From: a virus
Taxonomy: Duplodnaviria; Heunggongvirae; Uroviricota; Caudoviricetes
Length of the DNA stretch: 61,027 nt
Virus record (IMG/VR): IMGVR_UViG_3300033073_001175
Location: 64,001 to 125,027 of that record
Direction: 5' to 3' (one strand)
The stretch's first letter is position 1, and each line of letters opens with the position of its first letter. Positions 30,101-38,351 of the stretch are shown here, one piece after another. A model generated the notes under the pieces. The model saw only the letters and a program-made list of their open reading frames with translations, was not told the origin of the DNA and searched no databases. Made by a program: the position numbers and the translations under genes.

Positions 30101-30451
30101 ATTAACGTTAGCTTTTGTTGTAATTGTCCATGATGGACCTGCGTCATAACCTGATAAACCTAAAACTCTTGTTACAAACAATTGGTTAGATTGTTGTAAG
30201 TATGACTTAGCAATATATGCAGATTCATATTTAGGTATTTGTGTATTAATGAATTTTTCAGGGGATGTTCCTCCAAAATATGTAGTGAATTCATCAAAGT
30301 TTCTTATAAAAATAGGTTCGAAAGCAGGACCTTTTAAAGTCTCACCAACAATACCTAACGTTGTAACCCCAACACTTTGAGCCACGAAACTTAAATCAAC
30401 CTCAGATGTGTACACTCCAGGAGATACGAATACTTTGTTGTTAGATGCCAT
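27122..30451 (-). CDS. Tail sheath protein, gp18-like, with large insertions
   Basis: VSPGVYTSEVDLS, TLKGPAFEP, WFAAAGYTRG, LYKGRINPIA, VIWGNKTLQ, ALDRINVRRLL, IYIKPTKSLEFIDITF. Confidence 0.97.
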   Translation of the reverse strand: MASNNKVFVSPGVYTSEVDLSFVAQSVGVTTLGIVGETLKGPAFEPIFIRNFDEFTTYFGGTSPEKFINTQIPKYESAYIAKSYLQQSNQLFVTRVLGLSGYDAGPSWTITTKANVNPLTVNFYCESPIIENCEPACNDYLTIDYSIDFTGCTNSVDSITFVTPSQIPDEIAAKMNLSYEKFDGSTSTIYADMTSQIFDILNDNTLETTSINYYGVISGETYDTLSPIFTAETNVFGVDNVSSTQVNYSASVNDPWYYATFDNVGNAVYSGFSFWSIVTDLTLIPVTTTTTIAPTTTTTTTNPCVTPTPTSTTTTTTAAPVNCYTGKLIGRVYIFSGTAYTDYDDLVIATLRSRGLATYGTDDGAVYEVSGLTDVEMVCGNEYSGVTKNPYSTFGLNVTNKDGEKYFFETSMSNSDTKYISKVFGSSNFAKPKDVVPLFVEERFQALLNYGWRKGYIRGLNCELTALPNARQGNDPTSIAWYLEKYQSPVSPWVVSELRGNKVYNLFKFTTIADGDSANIEVKISIANISFGNGTFDVLVRDFFDSDAAPTVLEKFTNCSMDPNQNNFIAKKIGTADGEYALNSKFVMVEINEDAPVDALPCGFQGYTFREYAGVRPPFPIYKTKYDFPGEVVYNPPFGLSSGADDIVRSAGDNVRRTYLGISDTVGFDVDFYAYKGKQLPLDICTDVSGDDWFYKTRGFHMDVNASAITISNTFVTSGTPAFYVGSAPFVEDPQDSSNPYYRLFARKFSFLCSGGFDGWDIYREFRTNSDRFVLGQTGYRKGACPSFKYPSATGWGAFKQITVGDNTQDWANTDYYAYLLGQKTFANPEAVNINVFVTPGIDYVNNSNLVGDAVDMIENDRADSIYICTTPDYNMFVPSTGDQLDFIYPQEASDNLEEAGIDSNYTATYYPWVLTRDTVNNTQIYIPATAEVTRNLALTDNIAFPWFAAAGYTRGIVNAVKARKKLTQEDRDILYKGRINPIATFSDVGTVIWGNKTLQIRESALDRINVRRLLLQARKLISAVSVRLLFEQNDEKVRQDFLDAVNPILDAIRRDRGLYDFRVTVSSDTSDLDRNQLTGKIYIKPTKSLEFIDITFYITPTGASFDNI
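29491..29600 (-). repeat. Thr-rich mucin-like insertion in the sheath
   Basis: Encodes PVTTTTTIAPTTTTTTTNPCVTPTPTSTTTTTTAAP. Confidence 0.9.
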
Positions 30452-30487
30452 TATTTTTTTAATTTAGCTAGTTAATTTATTTTATAG

Positions 30488-30494
30488 ATAAATA
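30488..30494 (-). promoter_or_regulatory. Putative phage-specific promoter box TATTTAT for the sheath gene
   Basis: Non-palindromic copy, sense-oriented relative to the sheath ATG at 30451. Confidence 0.5.
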
Positions 30495-30544
30495 TTCACC
30501 AAAAAACCAAAATACTTTACTTTCTTGCAAGTATTTATAAATTG

Positions 30545-30562
30545 GGTAGAATAAATTCTACC
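30545..30562. promoter_or_regulatory. Perfect inverted repeat, candidate RHH operator (or short hairpin)
   Basis: GGTAGAAT-AA-ATTCTACC between the plus-strand TATTTAT box (30532-30538) and the RHH ATG (30574). Confidence 0.5.
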
Positions 30563-30573
30563 TTTTTTCTACC

Positions 30574-30738
30574 ATGTCAAATGAGGTTAAAAAAATAAAG
30601 AATTTAAAGATATCAGTAGAGGTTCATGATATCTTAAAGAAATACTGTGATAAGAACGGTATTAAGATGTATAGATTTTTAGAGAAATTAATTACTGAGA
30701 AGTGTAAAGACAAGAAAGATATCTACGGTGAGAATTAA
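30574..30738 (+). CDS. Small ribbon-helix-helix-like DNA-binding protein (54 aa; absent from the ORF track)
   Basis: MSNEVKKIKNLKISVEVHDILKKYCDKNGIKMYRFLEKLITEKCKDKKDIYGEN: alternating strand NLKIS, helix, G-turn, helix; fills the gap and shares TTAA with the convergent stop codon. Confidence 0.75.
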   Translation: MSNEVKKIKNLKISVEVHDILKKYCDKNGIKMYRFLEKLITEKCKDKKDIYGEN

Positions 30739-31790
30739 ATTAATACTCCGTATAAAAATATTTTAGATTCTAAATTGACATCGACCTTATCAATTACAAA
30801 TTTAAGTACATCACCCGAATTAAGTTGAATTGTGTCTATATCGGTACCGTAATAATTATTATTTATATAAACATCGAATCCGTCTATGTTTTTTATATTT
30901 TCAGTACCAACTACTTTAATATCCGCAATATAATTAAAAACTTGAGAAACTGTGTCATTACCTACAACAAATAAAACCTCATTAGGGTCCCTCTCAATAT
31001 TTGAATTTTGTTTAATTCCTTTTCTTGAGGTTTTTGTATCTACCTCTAAAACTTGTAGTAGTCTTGTTACTGCGGGAGATACTTCAAATTCATCTTCATC
31101 AATTAAAAATCCCAACATTGTAAACTCATAGGTTTGGATATAATACTTTCTTTTCTCAATATCCATAACCGACTCGTCAGAAATATTACCTGAAATAATT
31201 GGAATATAATGTCCTTTTATAACTTGGTAAGCCTGTCTTGACGCGAATTTCTCAATAACAATTTTGTTAAATTTATTTAACTCTCTCATTCTATTACACA
31301 CAATTTTAACTTGGTATGTAATATCAACAGGAACAGGTTGTGGTATTTTATAGATATCCATCCCAGCTCTTTGACCATCCCATGTAGGTACTTGGGCATA
31401 AAAATATTGTCTTCTATTTGGTATATTATATAACACTGCAGGATTTGTCCCAAATTTAACTTCAGGTACTCTAATAACTGTAATAAACGGTGGTTCCGCA
31501 TTCTTATCAATGTTTTGGAAATCCCAAGTCTCAACAAATTGTGACCAATTTTGTGTTGTTATTAGTATATCAACCATAGGAATAACTTTTCCCTCAACTA
31601 CACATTTTAATTCATCTTTAACAAAATCTAAAAATCCTTTATCTAAATCAGCATGTAATATTGATTTAGGTAAATAGGTACCATCCTTGTTGATTTTATC
31701 AACAAGTTCCTGTCTTCTTGGTAACAAAGTTTTTGACTCGGTTAGTGGAAGATATTTTTTTATTTTTTTAGGTAATGGCATATCAATCAA
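30735..31790 (-). CDS. Tail terminator/sheath stabiliser, T4 gp15-like
   Basis: PQPVPVDITYQVKIVCNRMRELNKFNKIV resembles the gp15 PVP.DI.Y.L.I motif; between the neck and sheath genes. Confidence 0.65.
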   Translation of the reverse strand: MIDMPLPKKIKKYLPLTESKTLLPRRQELVDKINKDGTYLPKSILHADLDKGFLDFVKDELKCVVEGKVIPMVDILITTQNWSQFVETWDFQNIDKNAEPPFITVIRVPEVKFGTNPAVLYNIPNRRQYFYAQVPTWDGQRAGMDIYKIPQPVPVDITYQVKIVCNRMRELNKFNKIVIEKFASRQAYQVIKGHYIPIISGNISDESVMDIEKRKYYIQTYEFTMLGFLIDEDEFEVSPAVTRLLQVLEVDTKTSRKGIKQNSNIERDPNEVLFVVGNDTVSQVFNYIADIKVVGTENIKNIDGFDVYINNNYYGTDIDTIQLNSGDVLKFVIDKVDVNLESKIFLYGVLI

Positions 31791-33288
31791 TAATTAAAGG
31801 TTCTTCATTGAAGACCGCTTTATTTTTACTAAGTACATCATAATTAGAATTATCAAATACTAAAACTTTTGTTCTACTCGAGAAGGCAATTTTGTTTACC
31901 GACTTTTTATTTTTATAATCCCTCATACCATAAGTATCTATATAATATTTACCATCTTCTTCGTTGAATGTTTTCAAAGGTTTAATCTGATAATTAATCC
32001 CGTCTATTGTTACATCAACACCACTCCATCTATCCATTTTAGAACCGTGAGGATAATATGTTATATTATCAGAACCAATTTTATCTAAAAAATTTTTAAC
32101 CGATAACCTCTCAAGTTCTAAACCATTTTTTATTGACGACCACTGTCTGTCAACTAACATCTTTGTATATTCATCATTATTTTTAAATAAATCAGACATC
32201 CACTCAACAACGTTATCTATTATTTTACCTTCTTTTAAATCGTCAAAATACTTCAAATACAATAAACTATGTATCTCATCTTTAGTATCAAAATAATTCA
32301 TTATTGACCAATCCTCTAAAGGGTCATTTGTTTTTTCACCTATTGTATAGACACCTCGTAAACCAGGGGTAAAAACCTCATCCTGTTCAACCCAATTATC
32401 AGGAAATGCCATTTCTAATGACTCTCTAACATTTGATGGGGTTATCCCTATAGATGCCGACAATTTCTGATGGTCTTTTAATCTAAAATCAGGATATTCT
32501 TCGTCAAAAATACTTTTATCAATATAAGCCGATTGGTCTTTAAATTTTACATCATCCTTGTTAAAGATAAAATCACCATCACTACCAACCAATTTAATTT
32601 TATTAGGGATAGGAGATTCGTCCACAACGGGAACTACTTTGTTAAAGTAATACCTTTTAGTTTTGAATTTTTCAAATAAACCTAATGTGATGTAAGTATA
32701 CTTCGTTGGGTCTCCCTCTAATTTATCCGATTCTGATATTACATCGGATTTAATTTCGTTTATATCAAATATTTTATTTTTACGATTAATCATTTCAACC
32801 TCCTTAGCAGAATACACAGGGGTTTCACTATTTTTATAAACAAATGAATCGTATTTGTAAGGATTATATGTAATAATTTTATCTGAAGATTCTTCAGGTA
32901 AATTTTCACATGGGTATTCGCAATAATCGATTAATGTACCTATTACAAAGGCGTGAACGTTTTTTTGTTTTTCGGCTCTTACCCTTTCTTTACCACCACC
33001 TCTAACTCTAAATTCAACGTCCCTAAGTTTAACGTAATCGGCATGTAAAATTACTTTATTATTGTATCTAATAGAAAAAGTATGTTTATGTAAGTTATAA
33101 TAAACCATTACATTTTTTCCTCTATAGTCTTCTTCAGAATTGTTGTGCCCACATTTATGACAAATATACGGGTCGTCGCCACCTTCAGATAGTTTCCATG
33201 ACCATCCACACTCATCGCAAGTAACTTTACCCGAATTAATTTTTTCGAGTAAATTTAAAATTTGTGATTCAGTTATTACTATTTTCAT
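31783..33288 (-). CDS. Multidomain protein: leader, Zn-ribbon, conserved phage domain, C-terminal PD-(D/E)XK-like (D...QxK) nuclease-fold domain
   Basis: MKIVITESQ leader; CDECG...CHKCG; VYYNLHKHTFSIR..KNVHAFVIG; E..V...GSKMDRWSGVDVTIDGINYQIKP. Confidence 0.65.
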   Translation of the reverse strand: MKIVITESQILNLLEKINSGKVTCDECGWSWKLSEGGDDPYICHKCGHNNSEEDYRGKNVMVYYNLHKHTFSIRYNNKVILHADYVKLRDVEFRVRGGGKERVRAEKQKNVHAFVIGTLIDYCEYPCENLPEESSDKIITYNPYKYDSFVYKNSETPVYSAKEVEMINRKNKIFDINEIKSDVISESDKLEGDPTKYTYITLGLFEKFKTKRYYFNKVVPVVDESPIPNKIKLVGSDGDFIFNKDDVKFKDQSAYIDKSIFDEEYPDFRLKDHQKLSASIGITPSNVRESLEMAFPDNWVEQDEVFTPGLRGVYTIGEKTNDPLEDWSIMNYFDTKDEIHSLLYLKYFDDLKEGKIIDNVVEWMSDLFKNNDEYTKMLVDRQWSSIKNGLELERLSVKNFLDKIGSDNITYYPHGSKMDRWSGVDVTIDGINYQIKPLKTFNEEDGKYYIDTYGMRDYKNKKSVNKIAFSSRTKVLVFDNSNYDVLSKNKAVFNEEPLIID

Positions 33289-33797
33289 AATCCTCTAAAT
33301 TCATTATCGGTTACCGCAGACCCCATTATTGTTCGGTAGTAAGGTTTATACCCAGCATAATTATGTTTGTTATCAGATACAACTCTTCCATCATTATTAA
33401 CAACATAATATCTAACCCTATCTTCAGTCTCATAATAACCGATATAGTCACCGTAACTTATATCTATCCCAAGTTCCTCCAATTGCTTAATATAAACAGA
33501 TACTTTAATATTACCAGGTTCAAATTGATTAACTTTTGAGGAACCAATATTTTTATTTTCAGGTGCCATTATTTGGACGTATCCTTTAAACTCTACGGGT
33601 GGTAAAAATTTAATACCATCAGTTAAAGTTTCTCCGTAAACATCATCTGTTTTTGTCTTAACTCTATCTATACGATATAGTACTAATGTGAAATTCATAT
33701 CACCATATAACCATTCCTCCCCCATCGACAAATCTAAGTTATAATCGTCTGAGCCAAAGAATTTTCCTACTCTAGTAATTGGAACTTTATTATTCAT
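33285..33797 (-). CDS. Head completion/neck stopper protein, gp14-like
   Basis: LVLYRIDRVKTKTDDVYGE...FLPPVEFKGYV...GDYIGY...YYVV; beta-rich stopper pattern. Confidence 0.65.
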   Translation of the reverse strand: MNNKVPITRVGKFFGSDDYNLDLSMGEEWLYGDMNFTLVLYRIDRVKTKTDDVYGETLTDGIKFLPPVEFKGYVQIMAPENKNIGSSKVNQFEPGNIKVSVYIKQLEELGIDISYGDYIGYYETEDRVRYYVVNNDGRVVSDNKHNYAGYKPYYRTIMGSAVTDNEFRGL

Positions 33798-33841
33798 TAT
33801 TGATAAATATCTAAATATTTATTATTTTTATTGGTAATACA

Positions 33842-35623
33842 ATGTCATTAGAAAAAGTAACAACGGGTAATACCTCATCCTTGATTGAGATGAGAGCGTT
33901 AGAGATTCTCGATAACTACTCGGGAGGTAATAATTTTATATTAAACTTAAAACACAAAAAAGAGAATAATAAAAAGTTTTATCCTACACGTTCACAATCT
34001 GACTACATCATAAATTTTAATGAGACGCAACCAAAAGTAGCGAAAAAATGGGTTGAGTTAGACCCTTATTTCGCAAAAAAAATTGCCGATGAAAAACTTT
34101 ATACCTCAATACCTGAAAAGGTATGGGTTGAGAAGTTATTAGCGGAAAAAGAAAAGTCTTACCATATATGGGGTAAAGTTTTTGATTCTGAGGTATTACA
34201 TGATTTTTGGTTACCAAAAGGAGCAATTATAAAAACTCATAAAGTAGAAAAGGTTCAAATCGATTATACTAAGTACAGTCATAGACCATTATTAAGTCAT
34301 CAGGTTGAAGCGGTAGAAAAATTAGCAGGGTCTAAAAGATTTATCTTAGCTGATGACATGGGTTTAGGAAAAACTACCGCAACCATTGTCGCTGCTCTTG
34401 AAACAGGTTCTAAAAAAATATTAATCGTATGCCCCGCATCACTTAAAATAAATTGGCAAAGAGAAATTGCCAATTATACCGATAGACCTGTTTACATTGC
34501 TGAAGGTAAAAACTTTTCATTAGACCATGATTTTGTAATTGTTAATTACGATATTCTTAAAAATTTTTACGACACGGGAAAAGAAAAAGAAAATAGTTTG
34601 ATTTATAAATTTAATCCCGATTTAGTAATCATTGATGAAGCACATTATATCCAAAATGGTCAGGCTCAAAGAACTAAATTAGTTAATAGTTTTAGCAAAA
34701 GAACCGAAAGATTATGGTTACTCACAGGTACCCCTATGACATCAAGACCAATGAATTATTTTAACTTATTAAGTTTAATTGAAAGTCCCGTTGCTCAAAA
34801 TTGGATGGCTTATGCAATCCGATATTGTCAAGGTTATCAATTTAAAGCGGGTAATCGTAAAGTTTGGAATGTCACGGGAGCATCTAATTTAGAAGAGTTA
34901 CGAGATAGAACCTCAAGACAAGTTTTGAGGAGATTAAAAACTGATGTTTTAGATTTACCTGATAAAATTATTACACCTGTTTATTTAAGATTAAAATCCA
35001 AACATTACGAAGGGTTGATGGGTGAATACTACGATTGGTATGATAATAAAAAAGAAGAATCGAATTCTTTAACTATACAGTTCTCAAAATTAATGAAGGT
35101 GAGACAAGTTATCGCTGAAGAAAAGATTTCAAATACTATAGAGTTAGCTCAAAACATTTTAGACCAAGATAAAAAAGTTATTATATTCACTAATTTTACA
35201 GATACTTTAAATAAAATTGCGGACCATTTTGGTAAACAAGCGGTTAGATTAGATGGGAGTACAAGTAAACCCCAAAGACAGTACGCAGTCGACCAATTCC
35301 AAGAAAACGATAAAGTAAAAGTATTTGTAGGTAACTTAAAAGCGGCGGGGGTAGGTTTAACATTAACCGCGGGTGAGGCGGTAATAATGAACGATTTATC
35401 TTTTGTACCTTCAGACCATTCCCAAGCAGAAGATAGAGCGTATAGATACGGTCAAAAATCAAATGTTTCTGTGTACTACCCAATTTTTGAAAACACTATC
35501 GAGGGGATAATATATGACATCTTAGCAAATAAGAAGAACATATTTGAAACTGTTATGGGTGATAATTTAGATAAAGGAGATGTAGTTGAGGAAATGATGA
35601 ATAGAATCAACAACCTGAGATAA
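33842..35623 (+). CDS. SNF2-family (SMARCAL1/HARP-like) helicase
   Basis: ADDMGLGKT, VCPASLKINW, DEAH, LLTGTP.., LRRLK, AAGVGLTL, QAEDRAYRYGQ. Confidence 0.95.
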   Translation: MSLEKVTTGNTSSLIEMRALEILDNYSGGNNFILNLKHKKENNKKFYPTRSQSDYIINFNETQPKVAKKWVELDPYFAKKIADEKLYTSIPEKVWVEKLLAEKEKSYHIWGKVFDSEVLHDFWLPKGAIIKTHKVEKVQIDYTKYSHRPLLSHQVEAVEKLAGSKRFILADDMGLGKTTATIVAALETGSKKILIVCPASLKINWQREIANYTDRPVYIAEGKNFSLDHDFVIVNYDILKNFYDTGKEKENSLIYKFNPDLVIIDEAHYIQNGQAQRTKLVNSFSKRTERLWLLTGTPMTSRPMNYFNLLSLIESPVAQNWMAYAIRYCQGYQFKAGNRKVWNVTGASNLEELRDRTSRQVLRRLKTDVLDLPDKIITPVYLRLKSKHYEGLMGEYYDWYDNKKEESNSLTIQFSKLMKVRQVIAEEKISNTIELAQNILDQDKKVIIFTNFTDTLNKIADHFGKQAVRLDGSTSKPQRQYAVDQFQENDKVKVFVGNLKAAGVGLTLTAGEAVIMNDLSFVPSDHSQAEDRAYRYGQKSNVSVYYPIFENTIEGIIYDILANKKNIFETVMGDNLDKGDVVEEMMNRINNLR

Positions 35624-35638
35624 TTTAAAACATCGGCT

Positions 35639-35645
35639 TATTTAT
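35639..35645 (+). promoter_or_regulatory. Putative phage-specific promoter box TATTTAT for the SOD fusion
   Basis: Sense-oriented copy 20 nt before the ATG at 35666. Confidence 0.5.
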
Positions 35646-35665
35646 AGTATATTATTAATAGCCAT

Positions 35666-37204
35666 ATGAAAAAATTTGAAAATAAGATTAAGATTTTAAA
35701 TGAATCTTTAATCTTACATGAACAGAAAGAAAATGAAGAATTATTTTTGTTCGAAATGAAAAAAATAGGTATCGAAAAATTACCTTATTCTTACTCGTCT
35801 TTAAAACAATTTATTGATGCTGAAACCATGTCATACCATTATAATAAACATTATAAAGGTTATGTAGAAAAACTTAATAAAGCCCTATCTAAGAAAAAAG
35901 GTGGCGATTTAGAATTAGAAGAAATAATCAAGTCAATTAGTAAATTTGATAAAACTGTTAGAAATAACGCAGGTGGGGCTTTTAACCACGCTTTGTTTTG
36001 GAAAATGCTTTCACCAAAAACTCAAAAACCTTCAGGAGATATCCTTGATAGAATCAAAAAAGATTTCGGGTCTTATAAAAAATTCCAATCTGAATTTGAA
36101 GAAATTGCTAAAAACCGATTTGGTTCAGGTTGGGTTTGGTTGATTTTAAATAAAAGAAAACAATTGAAGATTGTCTCTACCCCAAATCAGGACAATCCAT
36201 TAATGAATGTTGTTGAAGATGGTGGTTATCCTATATTAGGGTTAGACTTATGGGAACACGCTTATTATTTAAAATATCGAAACAAAAGAGATGAATATAT
36301 TCAAAATTTTTGGAAGGCGGTTAATTGGGAATTTGTTAATGAATTATTAAGTTCTAAAATAGATATAAAATTAACGGAATCTGTAGGTTTAAAACAAGTG
36401 ATAACAGAAGGGGTTTCTGAAAAATGTAGTAAAGAGATGAACGATGCTATACGATTTGTCTTTAATATAAACCCAAAAGTTAAAACAACGTATAGATACG
36501 CAATAGATTCAATCTTAAAAAACGTTTTTCCAAATAATTTTTATGAAAAAAATGAATACAAAGACGGTGAAATGTCAGGTATCTACGATTTAGAAGGACA
36601 AGGTAGGTCGGTCATTAATAAACTTAATACAAATTACACATGTTTTTGTATATTACTTACCGATGTTAATAAAGTTTTAAAATCAATGGGTAAACCCGAA
36701 ATAAAAATAATTGGTCAAACTCCATTTGTTCAAATTAGTGAAACTAAAAAATTTGTAAAATTTTTGGATGAATATAAAACAAGAATCTTTAATATTAATT
36801 CAGGGACCTTTAAAAATTTAATGGCGACTTTAGGATTAACTCATGATTTGGGTGGTAAAAGAGAAGACTATACTGTAGAAATTCTTAAAAGAAAATTTGG
36901 TGAAGATAATGTAGAACAAATTGGTGATTTAGGTAGTCAAGAAGATATGGTTGGTGGTGTTGATTGTAAGGTAACTGTGGACGGTCAAGTTAAAACAACT
37001 CAAATAAAACCTTTTAGTCATATTAAAACCGATAAAAATACAATCACTGTTTTTAATACGGGGCAAGTTAAAAAATATACAACCGATTGGATTATTTTTG
37101 CAAATAATAAAAAAGGGATACTAATCTTTAACAATAACGACTCTAAAATTGTTGGCGGAAACTACACCTTCCCTATTAATGATTTAATTTATGAACTAAG
37201 TTGA
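35666..37204 (+). CDS. sodA: Mn-type superoxide dismutase fused to a C-terminal PD-(D/E)XK-like domain
   Basis: LPYSY..L..FID..TM.YHYNKH, GGAFNHALFW, FGSGWVWL, TPNQDNP, GLDLWEHAYY (all four metal ligands; GG..NH plus NQD indicate Mn type); about 280 further residues ending in GVDCKVTVDGQVKTTQIKP. Confidence 0.92.
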   Translation: MKKFENKIKILNESLILHEQKENEELFLFEMKKIGIEKLPYSYSSLKQFIDAETMSYHYNKHYKGYVEKLNKALSKKKGGDLELEEIIKSISKFDKTVRNNAGGAFNHALFWKMLSPKTQKPSGDILDRIKKDFGSYKKFQSEFEEIAKNRFGSGWVWLILNKRKQLKIVSTPNQDNPLMNVVEDGGYPILGLDLWEHAYYLKYRNKRDEYIQNFWKAVNWEFVNELLSSKIDIKLTESVGLKQVITEGVSEKCSKEMNDAIRFVFNINPKVKTTYRYAIDSILKNVFPNNFYEKNEYKDGEMSGIYDLEGQGRSVINKLNTNYTCFCILLTDVNKVLKSMGKPEIKIIGQTPFVQISETKKFVKFLDEYKTRIFNINSGTFKNLMATLGLTHDLGGKREDYTVEILKRKFGEDNVEQIGDLGSQEDMVGGVDCKVTVDGQVKTTQIKPFSHIKTDKNTITVFNTGQVKKYTTDWIIFANNKKGILIFNNNDSKIVGGNYTFPINDLIYELS

Positions 37205-37211
37205 TATTTAT
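37205..37211 (+). promoter_or_regulatory. Putative phage-specific promoter box TATTTAT for the neck gene
   Basis: GATATTTATAATAAAA context, 14 nt before the ATG at 37226. Confidence 0.5.
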
Positions 37212-37225
37212 AATAAAAAGTCAAC

Positions 37226-38347
37226 ATGTCAATTATTGCAGAACCAGAAAGAACTCAACTATATACTAGATTGAGACACGTATTAGGAGCACCTCTTAGG
37301 TCGGTAGAATTAGAAGACGAACAATTGGATTCTCTTTTGTTGTTATCGATTGAGGATTATTCTCAGTATGTTCAGGATTGGCTTATTGAATCCCAATGGA
37401 CATCATTATATAATCTTAATTTAGATACACAATCATTATCTAAAGCATTTATTACTAAAAGTTTGGATTATGAAGAGAGGTATACATACGCTTATTCTAA
37501 GATAGTTGGTTTACAAGCGGGTGGTGACTACGTACTTAAAAAAGATTTCTTTAATCTTGAGAGAGGTAAACAAATTTATGAAATACCTGCGGGTAGAGAG
37601 ATAAATGAACTTCTTTGGTTCACCCCAACTGCAATGAACAATATTCTTTTTGACCCTTGGTCATTTGGTGCTTTAGGTGGTGCAGGACTTGGTGGACCAG
37701 CGGGTTATTCTCAAATGGGTTACACAGGGTCATATTTTATGATGCCAGCATTTGATATGTTATTAAGATTACAAGAAATTAATATACAAAGAAGAATTAT
37801 TGGTGGTGATTTAACATATCGAATCACCGCACTTCCTGAAGGTAAAAAAGCAATTCATCTAATGAACGTACCTGGCGGTAAATTTGATTTTGGTAACGGT
37901 TCTTTGGCTAAAGGGCAGGTGTGGTATTGGTATTACGATGTAGGACCTTCAGACAGAGACAAGTGTCTTAAAGACAATCCTGATATAATTAAATTACCAT
38001 CAGACGTTCCTTTTGATAAAATATCTTGGCAAGATTTAAATAACCCCGCACAAATTTGGGTTCGTAGATATTTCTTTGCTTCGGCTAAAGAGACCTTGTC
38101 AAAAGTTAGAGGTAAATTTAGTGGTAACATTAAAACACCTGATAGTGAATTAACTATGGACTATCAATCATTGGCAACAGAAGGTAAAGACGAAAAAACT
38201 AAGTTAATTGAGGAACTAATCGGTGCTGAAGGTAGACTTACCAGATTAAAACCTGAAAAGGTTATGGAAAGAGAGGCGTTATTGGCGGAGAACTTAAATA
38301 AACAAAAGAGATTTACCGCAATGCCTAGACAAATATATGTAATTTAA
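37226..38347 (+). CDS. Neck/head-tail adaptor protein, gp13-like
   Basis: LRHVLGAPLRSVELEDEQLD at the N-terminus and WVRRYFFASAKETLSKVRGKF...P near the C-terminus are gp13-like. Confidence 0.82.
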   Translation: MSIIAEPERTQLYTRLRHVLGAPLRSVELEDEQLDSLLLLSIEDYSQYVQDWLIESQWTSLYNLNLDTQSLSKAFITKSLDYEERYTYAYSKIVGLQAGGDYVLKKDFFNLERGKQIYEIPAGREINELLWFTPTAMNNILFDPWSFGALGGAGLGGPAGYSQMGYTGSYFMMPAFDMLLRLQEINIQRRIIGGDLTYRITALPEGKKAIHLMNVPGGKFDFGNGSLAKGQVWYWYYDVGPSDRDKCLKDNPDIIKLPSDVPFDKISWQDLNNPAQIWVRRYFFASAKETLSKVRGKFSGNIKTPDSELTMDYQSLATEGKDEKTKLIEELIGAEGRLTRLKPEKVMEREALLAENLNKQKRFTAMPRQIYVI

Positions 38348-38351
38348 TTAT

